This document shows, piece after piece, positions 26,301 through 36,500 of a DNA stretch of 64,000 bases. The notes below the pieces were generated by a model. It searched no databases. It had not been told where the DNA came from and was given only the letters and a program-made list of their open reading frames with translations. The stretch's first letter is position 1, and every line of letters begins with the position of its first letter. Origin of the DNA: Balanoglossus misakiensis (lineage: Eukaryota; Animalia; Hemichordata); the NCBI GenBank assembly GCA_040954595.2, contig CM082589.2:7820232-7884231 (forward strand), written 5' to 3'. The position numbers and the translations under genes are program-made.

Positions 26301-28990
26301 AGTGTATGTTCACTTCTTGGCATTTAACAGACTAACAGAATAAAACAGTGTGTACGCCTCCATGTAGACTTTGCGGGAGACACAGAGTGAGTTCGAATAG
26401 CCGAACAATTCGGATAATCGACGTTCTACTGTACCGGTATATATTCTCTTCAGAGTAATATTACAGTGTCATCCAACGTGAAGTATGTACATCATTGTAA
26501 ACACTGGCATACACATTATCGTGTTGAATATTAACATTAAAGGATCAAATGCACCTATCTGGTTCTTATTACAGGTTCGTGCAGCTTACCAGAGAAAGAA
26601 AGAGAAACGAGCTTTGGCAAGAGGAGACTTTGTCACTTCAACCTCTGGAACTGTAAGTTTAAAGCTCCATTAAGCTGTAACTTTTGGCTGTGTTTTTAGT
26701 AATGTTCGTTTTATGTATCTCCTGTAGTTTCTGTTCAAATTACTGAAATGCCCAGTATGCAGCCTAATAGCACAACCTACATGTACATACTCAGCATTGT
26801 TATTATGCACAAATTGAATTCAAGTCTGGACTAAATTAATTCGTCAACAATAACAATGGCCGTTACACACATACAGGCTGTGTTGATAAGCGGAGAACCG
26901 CATGTTGTTTAGAGGAGAACAAGAAATTGCGGTTGGTACACAGAACAAGAATACTGAATAGAAAGCCAAAAGATACGCTAATGTCCCTTTAAGATTGAAA
27001 ACGATTTAGAAATCTGTAGACATCAATGGAAATGTCAATAGACATTCTTTAGGCTAGAAAATTTTATGAATTCCAAAAGGTTGGAAAAATTGAGGAACGG
27101 CAGGAACAGACTGGTCTGTATTTAATGATGTTCAATTATTGACTCCAGCTGATTGATTTCTTCTCATTTTATAGCATGGAGGATATGAAACAGCCAACAG
27201 GACGACCAAAACAGCTGTGACATCATTCAGTTCATCCATGCAGTCCTCGGACACTTCCAACTATGGACGAGAATCACCTGGAGTGTTCAACCGCAAAGGC
27301 AGCCAATCCTGTGAGAACCAATATTGATCTCTCCGATCCCTTGCTTTCCTGAAGGACCAGTAAAATTCCAGCACCATGAACTGGATTAAAGCCTCTAGAG
27401 CTGCCACTTTTTGCATTATTTTCATGATTTTATTTTCCAACTTAGATTGGTCCATCGAAATAAGCTTACTGATAGGTATACATGAACACCTTACATACAG
27501 CCCGATAGTGGCTGTATGTTGAACACACTTTATATTAAACGGGTGCCGCACCCATTTAATCAGCCTCCATACAAACAGTACGCAGCTATTGTGGTATGCG
27601 TCGCCAAGAGATAACAAACCGATGCAAATGCAAGTAATATGGCTAAATGGTGAGGATTTTAGAGGATAGGGAATATATTTAAAGTCTTTTATTCTGGAAA
27701 AAATATGCAAAATTTGGCAGCTCTAGAGGCTTTAAAGGGTTTTGGATGGGGTCGTCCAGTCTTCCGTCCCCATACAATACAGATACTAGCCAGTCAAATA
27801 AGGCACAAAGTGTGACTGCTACAATGTACATTATTGCAAGCATTCATTATCTACATTGTATATATATCTTGCAAAGTTACTTTGATATAACATGTATTGG
27901 TTGGCCTGGTCACTGCAATTAGTATAATACCAGTTTTTTATATCGGTCCATGTGATTGACAAGTTGCCTAACTTCGCCTTCTCATTGTTCTCTTCAGCAG
28001 GTGAAAATCTGATAAAAGATGACGACAGTGTGATCAGTACTTCCAAGGTCAAACTGAAGGACAAACAGGATGTAAGTTTTTGTCACAATCAAAAAGTGGA
28101 GAACAATTTATGTAGTCATGACAACATGTCTGCCACTGCCATGATGGTAAAGAGACCAGCTGTTCTATTTGGTGTATGTGCAGTTATACATATGCCATTG
28201 GCAGCTTATGGGTCAGTCAGTGTTTGCCTGTTGATCTCTCTATGTGTCTGTCTGTCTCTGTCTGTATTTGTACTCCAGTGTAAACTTTTTTTGTGTGTAA
28301 TCCCTAAATGGGACCACAGTGTCCTTGACGCGATTTTTCAAAGACAGTGTCATCAATATCACAGGCTGAACTTTTAACTTTTCACAGACGTCATCTTATA
28401 AATCGCCATCATCACCTTTGCCGGGAACTGTTGAAGAAGAAGATGATGTAAGTTTTATTTCTTTTTGATATTACACTTTGCCATTAGAAATTACTCCAAT
28501 GTTTGTAAAAGCAGTACCTGCAGTATTTCACATCTTTCTCCCCACCTTAAATAGGCTTTTGCTGCCTAGGTGAGTGATTAAAATCTCATATGGTCGACAC
28601 AATTTCAAGATGGCAGATTTTTCAAGCGAAAGTGATCCTGAGTCATTCTGAAAAGTTGTAACTGAAAAAAAATAACCTAATGTGAAAAAGTTGATTGAGT
28701 TTAATATGCTATCAACAAAGACAAAATTTGTACAAATGTACTAATTAAAGCCTTTATAGCTGCCAAATGGCACATTTTTTTCTTGATTTTTCTTCCAAAC
28801 TTGCTTAAATCCATATAAATAAGCTTACCGATATGTACATATGAACCTCTTATCAAAATTTGATTGTAACGGTACATTGCATTTCGAAAATATGCTAGAT
28901 TAAAATGGTGCCGCCCTATGTAAATTTATTCATAGTTTGTTAATCTTTTTTGATCTTCTTCTTTTCCAGGTTGAAATAGTCAACTGTTAA
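2288..28990 (+). CDS. Adhesion GPCR (ADGRD1/GPR133-like 7TM and Stachel), 29 coding exons, ~1331 aa: SP-F5/8C-Ig-CTLD-like-Ig-Ig-GAIN/GPS-7TM
   Basis: Exons join GT-AG with consistent phases; summed length 3996 nt; GPS motif CRFW...W...[12 protein letters not shown]; family-B 7TM motifs ([45 protein letters not shown]). Confidence 0.9.
4992..5197. mobile_element. TTAA-flanked MITE family C
   Basis: ttaa-aggtatacagtcacct...aggtgaccttatac..cct-ttaa; second copy 18887-19090. Confidence 0.85.
7920..8272. mobile_element. Palindromic MITE family A (TTAA TSD, AGGGAC termini; Kolobok/T2-type)
   Basis: ttaa-agggacaaagtctctctc...gagagagactttgtccct-ttaa; 8 copies in the window. Confidence 0.9.
10151..10184 (+). 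CDS. aGPCR exon 2 ([11 protein letters not shown], end of signal peptide)
   Basis: tctcttacag acceptor, gtatgt donor, phase 0 to 1. Confidence 0.75.
10462..10580 (+). CDS. aGPCR exon 3, start of F5/8 type C (discoidin) domain
   Basis: C...LGMENNFI...QIKASS motif; gtaagc donor. Confidence 0.88.
10628..10831. mobile_element. TA-flanked MITE family E
   Basis: ta-ctgtaaaacgggaaattttcg...cgaaaatttcccgttttaca; further copies at 14773 and 24056. Confidence 0.85.
11190..11279 (+). CDS. aGPCR exon 4, F5/8C
   Basis: DARY..GSW.....QFLQIDL; tag acceptor, gtaagt donor. Confidence 0.88.
11367..11703. mobile_element. MITE family A
   Basis: Same TIRs and TTAA flanks. Confidence 0.9.
11747..11881 (+). CDS. 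aGPCR exon 5, F5/8C
   Basis: IRSVRIQGR...[10 protein letters not shown]; tttcag acceptor, gtaagt donor. Confidence 0.9.
12046..12159. mobile_element. 114-bp hairpin element with 9-bp TSD
   Basis: 55-bp arms (1 mismatch), 4-nt loop; flanks ggtgaaaag / ggcgaaaag. Confidence 0.8.
12754..12934 (+). CDS. aGPCR exon 6, end of F5/8C
   Basis: [21 protein letters not shown]; gtgaga donor. Confidence 0.9.
13060..13372. mobile_element. MITE family A, right end truncated
   Basis: Left TIR and internal palindrome present. Confidence 0.85.
13445..13765 (+). CDS. aGPCR exon 7, Ig I-set domain 1
   Basis: VQLVC.A.G...P.ITW...LTI......D.G.YKC; phase 1-1. Confidence 0.92.
14316..14651 (+). CDS. aGPCR exon 8, degenerate C-type lectin-like domain
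   Basis: YEF...A.QYC...GYLA.....E.HFL...YW...RYVCK; phase 1-1. Confidence 0.82.
14773..14982. mobile_element. TA-flanked MITE family E
   Basis: Same TIRs. Confidence 0.82.
15071..15188 (+). repeat. 23-bp minisatellite x5 abutting the exon 9 acceptor
   Basis: acaacacattatctaatttgcat units. Confidence 0.9.
15189..15503 (+). CDS. aGPCR exon 9, Ig domain 2
   Basis: MVC.I.SNP.P.VKWYKDG...LTI......D.ATYRC; phase 1-1. Confidence 0.9.
15918..16223 (+). CDS. aGPCR exon 10, Ig domain 3
   Basis: LICEA...P...V.WEK...LKI......[11 protein letters not shown]; phase 1-1. Confidence 0.92.
16712..16770 (+). CDS. aGPCR exon 11 (linker)
   Basis: ttttcag acceptor, gtaagt donor, phase 1 to 0, open frame. Confidence 0.72.
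17501..17680 (+). CDS. aGPCR exon 12 (GAIN subdomain A region)
   Basis: ttactcag acceptor, gtatga donor, 180 nt open. Confidence 0.8.
18109..18159 (+). CDS. aGPCR exon 13 ([17 protein letters not shown])
   Basis: ccttgcag acceptor, gttggt donor, phase 0-0. Confidence 0.68.
18213..18347. repeat. Imperfect inverted repeat (MITE-like hairpin)
   Basis: ggtatttgg..taagacctctcaggtgaaaat...attttcacctgagaggtctta..ccaaatacc. Confidence 0.7.
18887..19090. mobile_element. TTAA-flanked MITE family C
   Basis: Near-identical to 4992-5197. Confidence 0.85.
19162..19270 (+). CDS. aGPCR exon 14 (GAIN)
   Basis: ttttcag acceptor, gtaagt donor, phase 0 to 1. Confidence 0.78.
19744..19923 (+). CDS. aGPCR exon 15 (GAIN)
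   Basis: cag acceptor, gtaaat donor, phase 1-1; matches ORF 19734..19952. Confidence 0.78.
20290..20365 (+). CDS. aGPCR exon 16 (GAIN, ends RKRR)
   Basis: ctgtag acceptor, gtaaga donor, phase 1 to 2. Confidence 0.78.
20789..20912 (+). CDS. aGPCR exon 17 ([12 protein letters not shown])
   Basis: VNSxVxS GAIN motif; GAGCAG tandem acceptor; gtgagc donor. Confidence 0.82.
20970..21278. mobile_element. MITE family A
   Basis: TIRs, TTAA, internal deletion. Confidence 0.85.
21275..21520. mobile_element. TTAA-flanked MITE family B (GC-rich TIRs)
   Basis: ttaa-agggaaggggtcgtcgcgccgcgt...acgcggcgcgacgaccccttcact-ttaa. Confidence 0.85.
21885..22000 (+). CDS. aGPCR exon 18 (start of GPS, CRFWNY)
   Basis: acag acceptor, gtaagt donor; CxFW motif. 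Confidence 0.88.
22556..22673 (+). CDS. aGPCR exon 19 (GPS cleavage site and Stachel TNFAVLMQV)
   Basis: W...G...T.C...[11 protein letters not shown]. Confidence 0.93.
22728..23010. mobile_element. Interspersed repeat family F (imperfect TIRs; partial copy ~9974-10110)
   Basis: Near-identical to 29126-29415; internal inverted tttccagatgacgggca / tgcccgtcacctggaaa. Confidence 0.75.
23187..23290 (+). CDS. aGPCR exon 20 (TM1)
   Basis: [24 protein letters not shown]. Confidence 0.92.
23352..23492. repeat. Compound (AGTC)n/(AGAC)n microsatellite
   Basis: Direct reading. Confidence 0.8.
23844..23946 (+). CDS. aGPCR exon 21 (TM2)
   Basis: [27 protein letters not shown]. Confidence 0.93.
24056..24265. 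mobile_element. TA-flanked MITE family E
   Basis: Same TIRs. Confidence 0.82.
24441..24661 (+). CDS. aGPCR exon 22 (TM3-TM4)
   Basis: [25 protein letters not shown]...GWGVP. Confidence 0.95.
24683..25009. mobile_element. MITE family A, left end truncated
   Basis: Homologous body, right TIR ending ttaa. Confidence 0.85.
25099..25251 (+). CDS. aGPCR exon 23 (ECL2 CWL and TM5)
   Basis: CWL......[15 protein letters not shown]. Confidence 0.93.
25512..25684. mobile_element. MITE family A, right half
   Basis: Homologous right arm. Confidence 0.8.
25902..26070 (+). CDS. aGPCR exon 24 (TM6-TM7)
   Basis: [12 protein letters not shown]...[24 protein letters not shown]. Confidence 0.95.
26575..26652 (+). 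CDS. aGPCR exon 25 (helix 8, VRAAYQRKK)
   Basis: ttacag acceptor, gtaagt donor; completes NSE|VR. Confidence 0.9.
27175..27310 (+). CDS. aGPCR exon 26 (Ser/Thr-rich tail)
   Basis: ttttatag acceptor, gtgaga donor, phase 0 to 1. Confidence 0.75.
27386..27735. mobile_element. TTAA-flanked MITE family D (partial relatives near 6689, 17694, 28744, 60879)
   Basis: ttaa-agcctctagagctgcca...tggcagctctagaggct-ttaa. Confidence 0.88.
28001..28071 (+). CDS. aGPCR exon 27 (tail; CAGCAG acceptor, alternative start 27998)
   Basis: strong pyrimidine tract, gtaagt donor, phase 1 to 0. Confidence 0.72.
28388..28447 (+). CDS. aGPCR exon 28 ([20 protein letters not shown])
   Basis: tttcacag acceptor, gtaagt donor, phase 0-0. 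Confidence 0.75.
28970..28990 (+). CDS. aGPCR last coding exon (VEIVNC*)
   Basis: cttttccag acceptor then TAA; AATAAA candidates at 29085 and 32124. Confidence 0.68.
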   Translation, partial: VEIVNC

Positions 28991-29125
28991 AGGATACAAT
29001 TGTATGTCGTATCAAAGAAGATGCCAAATATCAAAGAATACGATAGTCACAAAAACAAGACTATTCCAACAACATCTGCAATGTAATAAACACTAAATTA
29101 CCCACAATTACCTTGAATTCACATA

Positions 29126-29415
29126 TTCTTCAATATATCAAATGACGTCATGCGTGCTCAGGTGCGGTTACCTTGGAATGCAAATTTCCTGATGACGGGC
29201 ATCTTTAACAACGTGGTCCAGACAAAGACTGTACAGACGAAACTCTATGAGGCTGATAAGGCATTATACCTGATACATGTTACGTGTCTGGCGGTTTTAA
29301 AGTAAATATATTCTTGGAAAAACTTTTACTGTATGCCGAAATATTGCTTGCCCGTCATCTGGAAATGACAACGCCGTGGGTCACATGTCCAGATCATGTG
29401 ATTGATAGTAAAGAA
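29126..29415. mobile_element. Interspersed repeat family F, in the putative 3'UTR
   Basis: Homologous to 22728-23010. Confidence 0.75.
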
Positions 29416-32400
29416 TTCTGATCGTGAGTAGCAAGTCATTAGCCTTGTGTATTGAGCATATCAATCGCAGGCTGATGCTAGAGATAAATAAAGCCAGCAT
29501 CAACAGGTTGCATGTTGATCCATAGAACGAAAGTTTATATTGCCTTGTGGATGTCTTAGAAAGTTGTAATTAGACCAATGCCAATAGTTTTATGAATAAG
29601 CATTTTGGTATAATCAAAATGTCAACACAATTTTTGTAGTTGCTATCAATCAGTGTATCAAAGGGACTTAACTGAGGTTGAGACTGGATGGTAGTCAGCC
29701 AGGGTTTCATTTCAATTCAAAATAATCCATTCGGCCATGCGCAGAGGACAATGAAAACCATGACATGACAGTCTAAGTTTGAAACTTAATCGTGACAATA
29801 ATATGAATAGGCTCAGCTGGCAGGACTTTCTGTCAATTATTGCAGAATCAGAGAGGAATTTGACAAGGATTGGTCATCAATATTAAACAACTGGATGTTG
29901 ATTGCCGCTGTCTAAATTTCTCCAAGGATCTTTGCGGTTGACTTTTAATAGAGATGCTAAATCAAATATCAAAACAAATGAGCACAACAAATATCATTTC
30001 CAGCTGGTATCTAACCATAAACAAGCTTTTAGTTCATTTGTTCCTCGTAATCTCTAACATCATTCCAATTCCACAAGAATCTGTTTACATTCCATTGTAG
30101 AATATTGAATTGTGTTCAAAATGTACCATTGCATATTTCAACCAAATATAAAATGTACAGGTATGCATTTTAATGTTACCAGTTGACAAATTTCCTAAAA
30201 CATCGTATCCTTCTACACATACACTTTCTAAGATTAGAAGATTTTATTTGAAGCAATATTGTATTATTCTAAAGGTTGAACAAAGAGTTAGTGGGGAAAA
30301 GCTTTGAAAAAGCTTTCGACATAGTTTACAGTTATGATGTAGTATGATTTTCAGAAGAGATTTCACAAATTTCACAATACAAACATCACGAATCTGCTTA
30401 TAGTATCAGTACTTTAGTCAGTTTCTGATATAGAATAACAGGAACTGACTTGTTTGTGATTGGTGTGGCTTGCATAATTAAGGCTAATTTAGATATATTA
30501 TGATTGATACATCAGATATCGGTCGTTCATGAAGGCCCACAAGATTTGATGAATGGATTTGATAGACATTTGCAATGAGGGATATATGTACAGAATTAAT
30601 TTGGTAAAACTTTGATTGGATTATTGGCCTCATACCAGTGGGGCATTGTCCTTCTTTCTAGTGAACTTTTCTTCTGTGTACTTAAAAAATTTTCAATTAA
30701 TAAAATAGGTTTGCTCTATAAATGACCATTTGTACTGCCCTGCATTGAACGAAATTTGCGGTATTGATCCAACCAAGCTGTGATTGAACATTAAGAAATG
30801 TAGAAATGTTTTGCTAATTAATTGCCAGTTTGCATATTCATGATTTTTTTTAAAATATTAATACTGGCTTGTGTATTTGCACTGATACCAATATATCTTG
30901 TACTACTGCACCAAATTGACTTACATTGTTTTTATTGCACTCAGAGAGGTGCCATTGTTTTACGTCTAGAATTTATTGCTAATTTGCATGATGAAATACA
31001 ACTACCAGGAGGCCATTTTGATTTTTTGGGCTAGAATTCAAAACTACGCGACACGATTCTTTATATGTTTCATTCTAGGACATTGCTCTAGCATGTCTGT
31101 CTATGTACATTTCTTCATAATATCCTCCAGTGAGGCTAGGTACTATACTTTTTTGATTGCGACTTCTTCCAGCGTTCTTCAAATTTATTAACCAGGTAAC
31201 TGGGTCATTGCCAATGACTTCTAGATTTAACATTTTCTGCGTGGCATTCCCCTTTATTGTAAAATGGTGTGCATTATATATCTTAATGGCACTATGATAA
31301 TGAGGTTATATTATATATGATAAATATTTCTGCACTGTCATAATGACTGGAGGCCTTGAAATGGCCTGGCTGTACACATGCACACCTCATTCGATGTTAC
31401 AAATACTTATTGATTATTTATAGGTGTTTTATTGATATTGCCAGTTGTCTGTTTCAATTCTGTCTTTTGTCTTGCCCTGACTGACTGCAGTAACATTTGC
31501 AGTACAAGAGAGATGTCAGCAAACAGATGTACAATATCTCTCTATGAATGTGTCCCAAGTTATTTGAAAACCTTGATGCATGTTAGACTGTAACTGTCGA
31601 GTATATGCTAGTATTTCACCTAAAGTGATAAATACAGACATGTTTTGCCGGTGTTAAGTTAATTCTGGTGGCTGTTTTATCTCCAAAACCGAAAATTGCT
31701 ATATTTGTTTGTATTCTCTGCTGGATTTGTTTGACAGCATTAGTGTCTGATAAATATGCATCATATCATGGCACGGTATTCAGTTCTCCCCCCCCCCCCC
31801 CCAGACTGCAATGTTATTTCTCAAGTTTTGAGTTGAACATGGTAGAAGTCTTAGAGTTTTCTTGAAGATATCACTTGACATGTATCGACCTTTCTTCCGT
31901 CCAAACACGATGTCTTCAAACAATCAGTGACCACATGGCACATAGGTCCTCTTTATATAAGTCAATTTTCCAATAATTCATGATTTTGGAAAAAAAAATG
32001 TCGTGATTCCAGCTACTTTCTGTGCTTTAAATGATGCCGTCCGTATGCCACACATACAAGTTATTGATCATTCAAAAAATACTGGTATGCGTAGTGGTAG
32101 TAATGTTCTATTACACTCTTGACAATAAACATTCTTGTTGTATTCAAAACTCAATGTCTTCTTGGCAATCTCATACAAATACATGAAATTGTTTGTTTGG
32201 TTTAAATATTCACACTGTATCAGTTACCATACATTTATTTTATGTAAATCGCTTTCTGTTCAGTTTGCGAAAATCACCCCTTACGAAAATCACCAAGATG
32301 TCACAACCTTGTACAAGCTTGCTGCAAGGATGACACAACTTTGAAATGCTAGCTCTTAGCTTGTATAAAGGTTTTACAAGCTTGGATAAGATTACAGCTT

Positions 32401-32557
32401 AAAATTACAAGCTTGGATACACTAGTTACTCCTCAACATCGAAACCTGAATCCCAGGAACAAATTTTTTCCTTCCTGAGCTTAAGTTGGCAGTGAATATC
32501 ATGGAAATACAGCATTCCAGGTACCGTCTATTTCTCCCTCAGCACACTTTATCTCTC

Positions 32558-33559
32558 TGATAATTTCTCATTAAAAAATCATAATTATAATAATTTATCT
32601 CTCTGAAATCACCAAGGTTCTTAAATAGGCATTTTCATGCGAAGCCGAGGTTCTTACCGAAAAATCGTGGTTCTTACGTTACACGGGCTACAAAGTCAAA
32701 AATTTTCAAGGTTCTAGCTTACAAAGTCTTACTTTCAGTCGATGCAATGATAATTTCTCATTAAAAATTAAAAATTACCGCTCTATAGCTCTCTCATATC
32801 ATCAAGGTTCTTAGATGGGCAGTTTCATGCATAACCGTGGTTCTTACCGAAAAATCTTGGTTCTTACCAAAAAATCGTGGTTCTTACGTTATACAGGCTA
32901 CAGAGTCAGACTTTTTCAAGGTTCTAGCTTACAAAGTCTTACTTTCAGTCGATGCGATGATAATTTCTCATTAAAAATTAACAATTACCGCTCTATAGCT
33001 CTCTCATATCATCAAGGTTCTTAGATGGGCAGTTTCATGCATAACCGTGGTTCTTACCGAAAAATCGTGGTTCTTACGTTATACTGGCTATAAAGTCAAA
33101 AAATTTCAAGGTTCTAGCAGACAAAGTCTTACTTTTAGTCGATGCGATGATAATTTCTCTTTAAAAAATAACAATTACCGCTCTATAGCTATCTCATATC
33201 ATCAAGGTTCTTAGATAAGCAGTTTCATGCATAGCCGTGGTTCTTACAGAAAAATCGTGGTTCTTACGTTATACAGGCTACAAAGTCAAAAGTTTTTAAG
33301 GTTATAGCTTACAAAGTCTTACTTTTAGTTGATGCGATGATAATTTCTCATTAAAAATTAACAATTACCGCTCTATAGCTCTCTCATATCATCAAGGTTC
33401 TTAGATGGGCAGTTTCATGCATAACCGTGGTTCTTACCGAAAAATCGTGGTTCTTACGTTATACAGGCTACAAAGTCAAAAATGTTCAAGGTTCTAGCTT
33501 ACAAAGTCTTATTTTCAGTCGATGCGATGATAATTTCTCATTAAAAATTAACAATTACC
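32558..33559 (+). repeat. 190-bp tandem repeat, ~5 copies
   Basis: taatttctc recurs at 32561, 32751, 32961, 33151, 33341, 33531 (one unit has a 20-bp internal duplication). Confidence 0.95.
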
Positions 33560-36500
33560 CATGGTTTTTATCAAAAAATCACCAAATTTTGAAAATTCGC
33601 GAAGTCGAAAAATTGAGGTTTCTGGACGATTTTCATGAGCTATAACTCATGGTTTTTATCAAAAAATCACCAAATTTTGAAAATTCGCGAAGTCGAAAAA
33701 TTGAGGTTTCTGGACGATTTTCATGAGCTATAACACATGGTTTGTATCAAAAAATCACCACATTTTGAAAATTCGCGAAGTCGAAAAATTGAGGTTTCTG
33801 GACGATTTTCATGAGCTATAACCCATGGTTTTTATCAAAAAATCACCAAATTTTGAAAATTCGCGAAGTCGAAAAATTGAGGTTTCTGGACGATTTTCAT
33901 GAGCTATAACCCATGGTTTTTATCAAAAAATCACCAAATTTTGAAAATTCGCGAAGTCGAAAAATTGAGGTTTCTGGACGATTTTCATGAGCCATGGTTT
34001 TTATCAAAAAATCACCAAATTTTGAAAATTCGCGAAGTCGAAAAATTGAGGTTTCTGGACGATTTTCATGAGCTATAACACATGGTTTTTATCAAAAAAT
34101 CACCAAATTTTGAAAATTCGCGAAGTCGAAAAATTGAGGTTTCTGGACGATTTTCATGAGCTATAACCCATGGTTTTTATCAAAAAATCACCAAATTTTG
34201 AAAATTCGCGAAGTCGAAAAATTGAGGTTTCTGGACGATTTTCATGAGCTATAACCCATGGTTTTTTTCAAAAAAACACTAAATTTTGAAAATTCGCGAA
34301 GTCGAAAAATTGAGGTTTCTGGACGATTTTCATGAGCTATAACCCATGGTTTTTTATCAAAAAATCACCAAATTTTGAAAATTCGCGAAGTCGAAAAATT
34401 GAGGTTTCTGGACGATTTTCATGAGCTATAACCCATGGTTTTTATCAAAAAATCACCAAATTTTGAAAGTTCGCGAAGTCGAAAAATTGAGGTTTCTGGA
34501 CGATTTTCATGAGCTATAACCCATGGTTTTTATCAAAAAATCACCAAATTTTGAAAAGTCGCGAAGTCGAAAAATTGAGGTTTCTGGTCGATTTTCATGA
34601 GCTATAACCCATGGTTTTTATCAAAAAATCACAAAATTTTGAAAATTCGCGAAGTCGAAAAATTGAGATTTCTGGACGATTTTCATGAGCTATAACACAT
34701 GGTTTTTATCAAAAAATCACCAAATTTTGAAAATTCGCGAAGTCGAAAAATTGAGGTTTCTGGACGATTTTCATGAGCTATAACCCATGGTTTTTATCAA
34801 AAAATCACCAAATTTTGAAAATTCGCGAAGTCGAAAAATTGAGGTTTCTGGACGATTTTCATGAGCTATAACCCATGGTTTTTTTCAAAAAAACACTAAA
34901 TTTTGAAAATTCGCGAAGTCGAAAAATTGAGGTTTCTTGACGATTTTCATGAGCTATAACCCATGGTTTTTTATCAAAAAATCACCAAATTTTGAAAATT
35001 CGCGAAGTCGAAAAATTGAGGTTTCTGGACGATTTTCATGAGCTATAACCCATGGTTTTTATCAAAAAATCACCAAATTTTGAAAAGTCGCGAAGTCGAA
35101 AAATTGAGGTTTCTGGACGATTTTCATGAGCTATAACCCATGGTTTTTATCAAAAAATCACCAAATTTTGAAAGTTCGCGAAGTCGAAAAATTGAGGTTT
35201 CTGGACGATTTTCATGAGCTATAACCCATGGTTTTTATCAAAAAATCACCAAATTTTGAAAAGTCGCGAAGTCGAAAAATTGAGGTTTCTGGTCGATTTT
35301 CATGAGCTATAACCCATGGTTTTTATCAAAAAATCACAAAATTTTGAAAATTCGCGAAGTCGAAAAATTGAGGTTTCTGGACGATTTTCATGAGCTATAA
35401 CCCATGGTTTTTATCAAAAAATCACCAAATTTTGAAAATTCGCGAAGTCGAAAAATTGAGGTTTCTGGACGATTTTCATGAGCTATAACCCATGGTTTTT
35501 ATCATAAAACCACCAAATTTTGAAAATTCGCGAAGTCGAAAAATTGAGATTTCTGGACGATTTTCATGAGCTATAACACATGGTTTTTATCAAAAAATCA
35601 CCAAATTTTGAAAATTCGCGAAGTCGAAAAATTGAGGTTTCTGGACGATTTTCATGAGCTATAACCCATGGTTTTTATCAAAAAATCACCAAATTTTGAA
35701 AATTCGCGAAGTCGAAAAATTGAGGTTTCTGGACGATTTTCATGAGCTATAACCCATGGTTTTTTTCAAAAAAACACTAAATTTTGAAAATTCGCGAAGT
35801 CGAAAAATTGAGGTTTCTGGACGATTTTCATGAGCTATAACCCATGGTTTTTTATCAAAAAATCACCAAATTTTGAAAATTCGCGAAGTCGAAAAATTGA
35901 GGTTTCTGGACGATTTTCATGAGCTATAACCCATGGTTTTTTATCAAAAAATCACCAAATTTTGAAAATTCGCGAAGTCGAAAAATTGAGGTTTCTGGAC
36001 GATTTTCATGAGCTATAACCCATGGTTTTTATCAAAAAATCACCAAATTTTGGAAAGTCGCGAAGTCGAAAAATTGAGGTTTCTGGACGATTTTCATGAG
36101 CTATAACCCATGGTTTTTATCAAAAAATCACCAAATTTTGAAAATTCGCGAAGTCGAAAAATTGAGGTTTCTGGACGATTTTCATGAGCTATAACCCATG
36201 GTTTTTTTCAAAAAAACACTAAATTTTGAAAATTCGCGAAGTCGAAAAATTGAGGTTTCTGGACGATTTTCATGAGCTATAACCCATGGTTTTTTATCAA
36301 AAAATCACCAAATTTTGAAAATTCGCGAAGTCGAAAAATTGAGGTTTCTGGACGATTTTCATGAGCTATAACCCATGGTTTTTATCAAAAAATCACCAAA
36401 TTTTGAAAAGTCGCGAAGTCGAAAAATTGAGGTTTCTGGACGATTTTCATGAGCTATAACCCATGGTTTTTATCAAAAAATCACCAAATTTTGAAAGTTC

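Noticed and set aside
2288-28990. Assigning the gene symbol ADGRD1 (or a specific KLHL symbol to the Kelch gene)
   Set aside because: Similarity is from recalled motifs only; orthology needs phylogeny
32815-33645. Repeated ORFs in the 190-bp unit (and likewise 54279 and 54780 in the 501-bp unit)
   Set aside because: Incidental frames in tandem repeats
33559-33646. CENP-B box or telomeric repeat in the 88-bp monomer
   Set aside because: TTCG is present but NTTCGNNNNANNCGGGN is not matched on either strand; no TTAGGG runs
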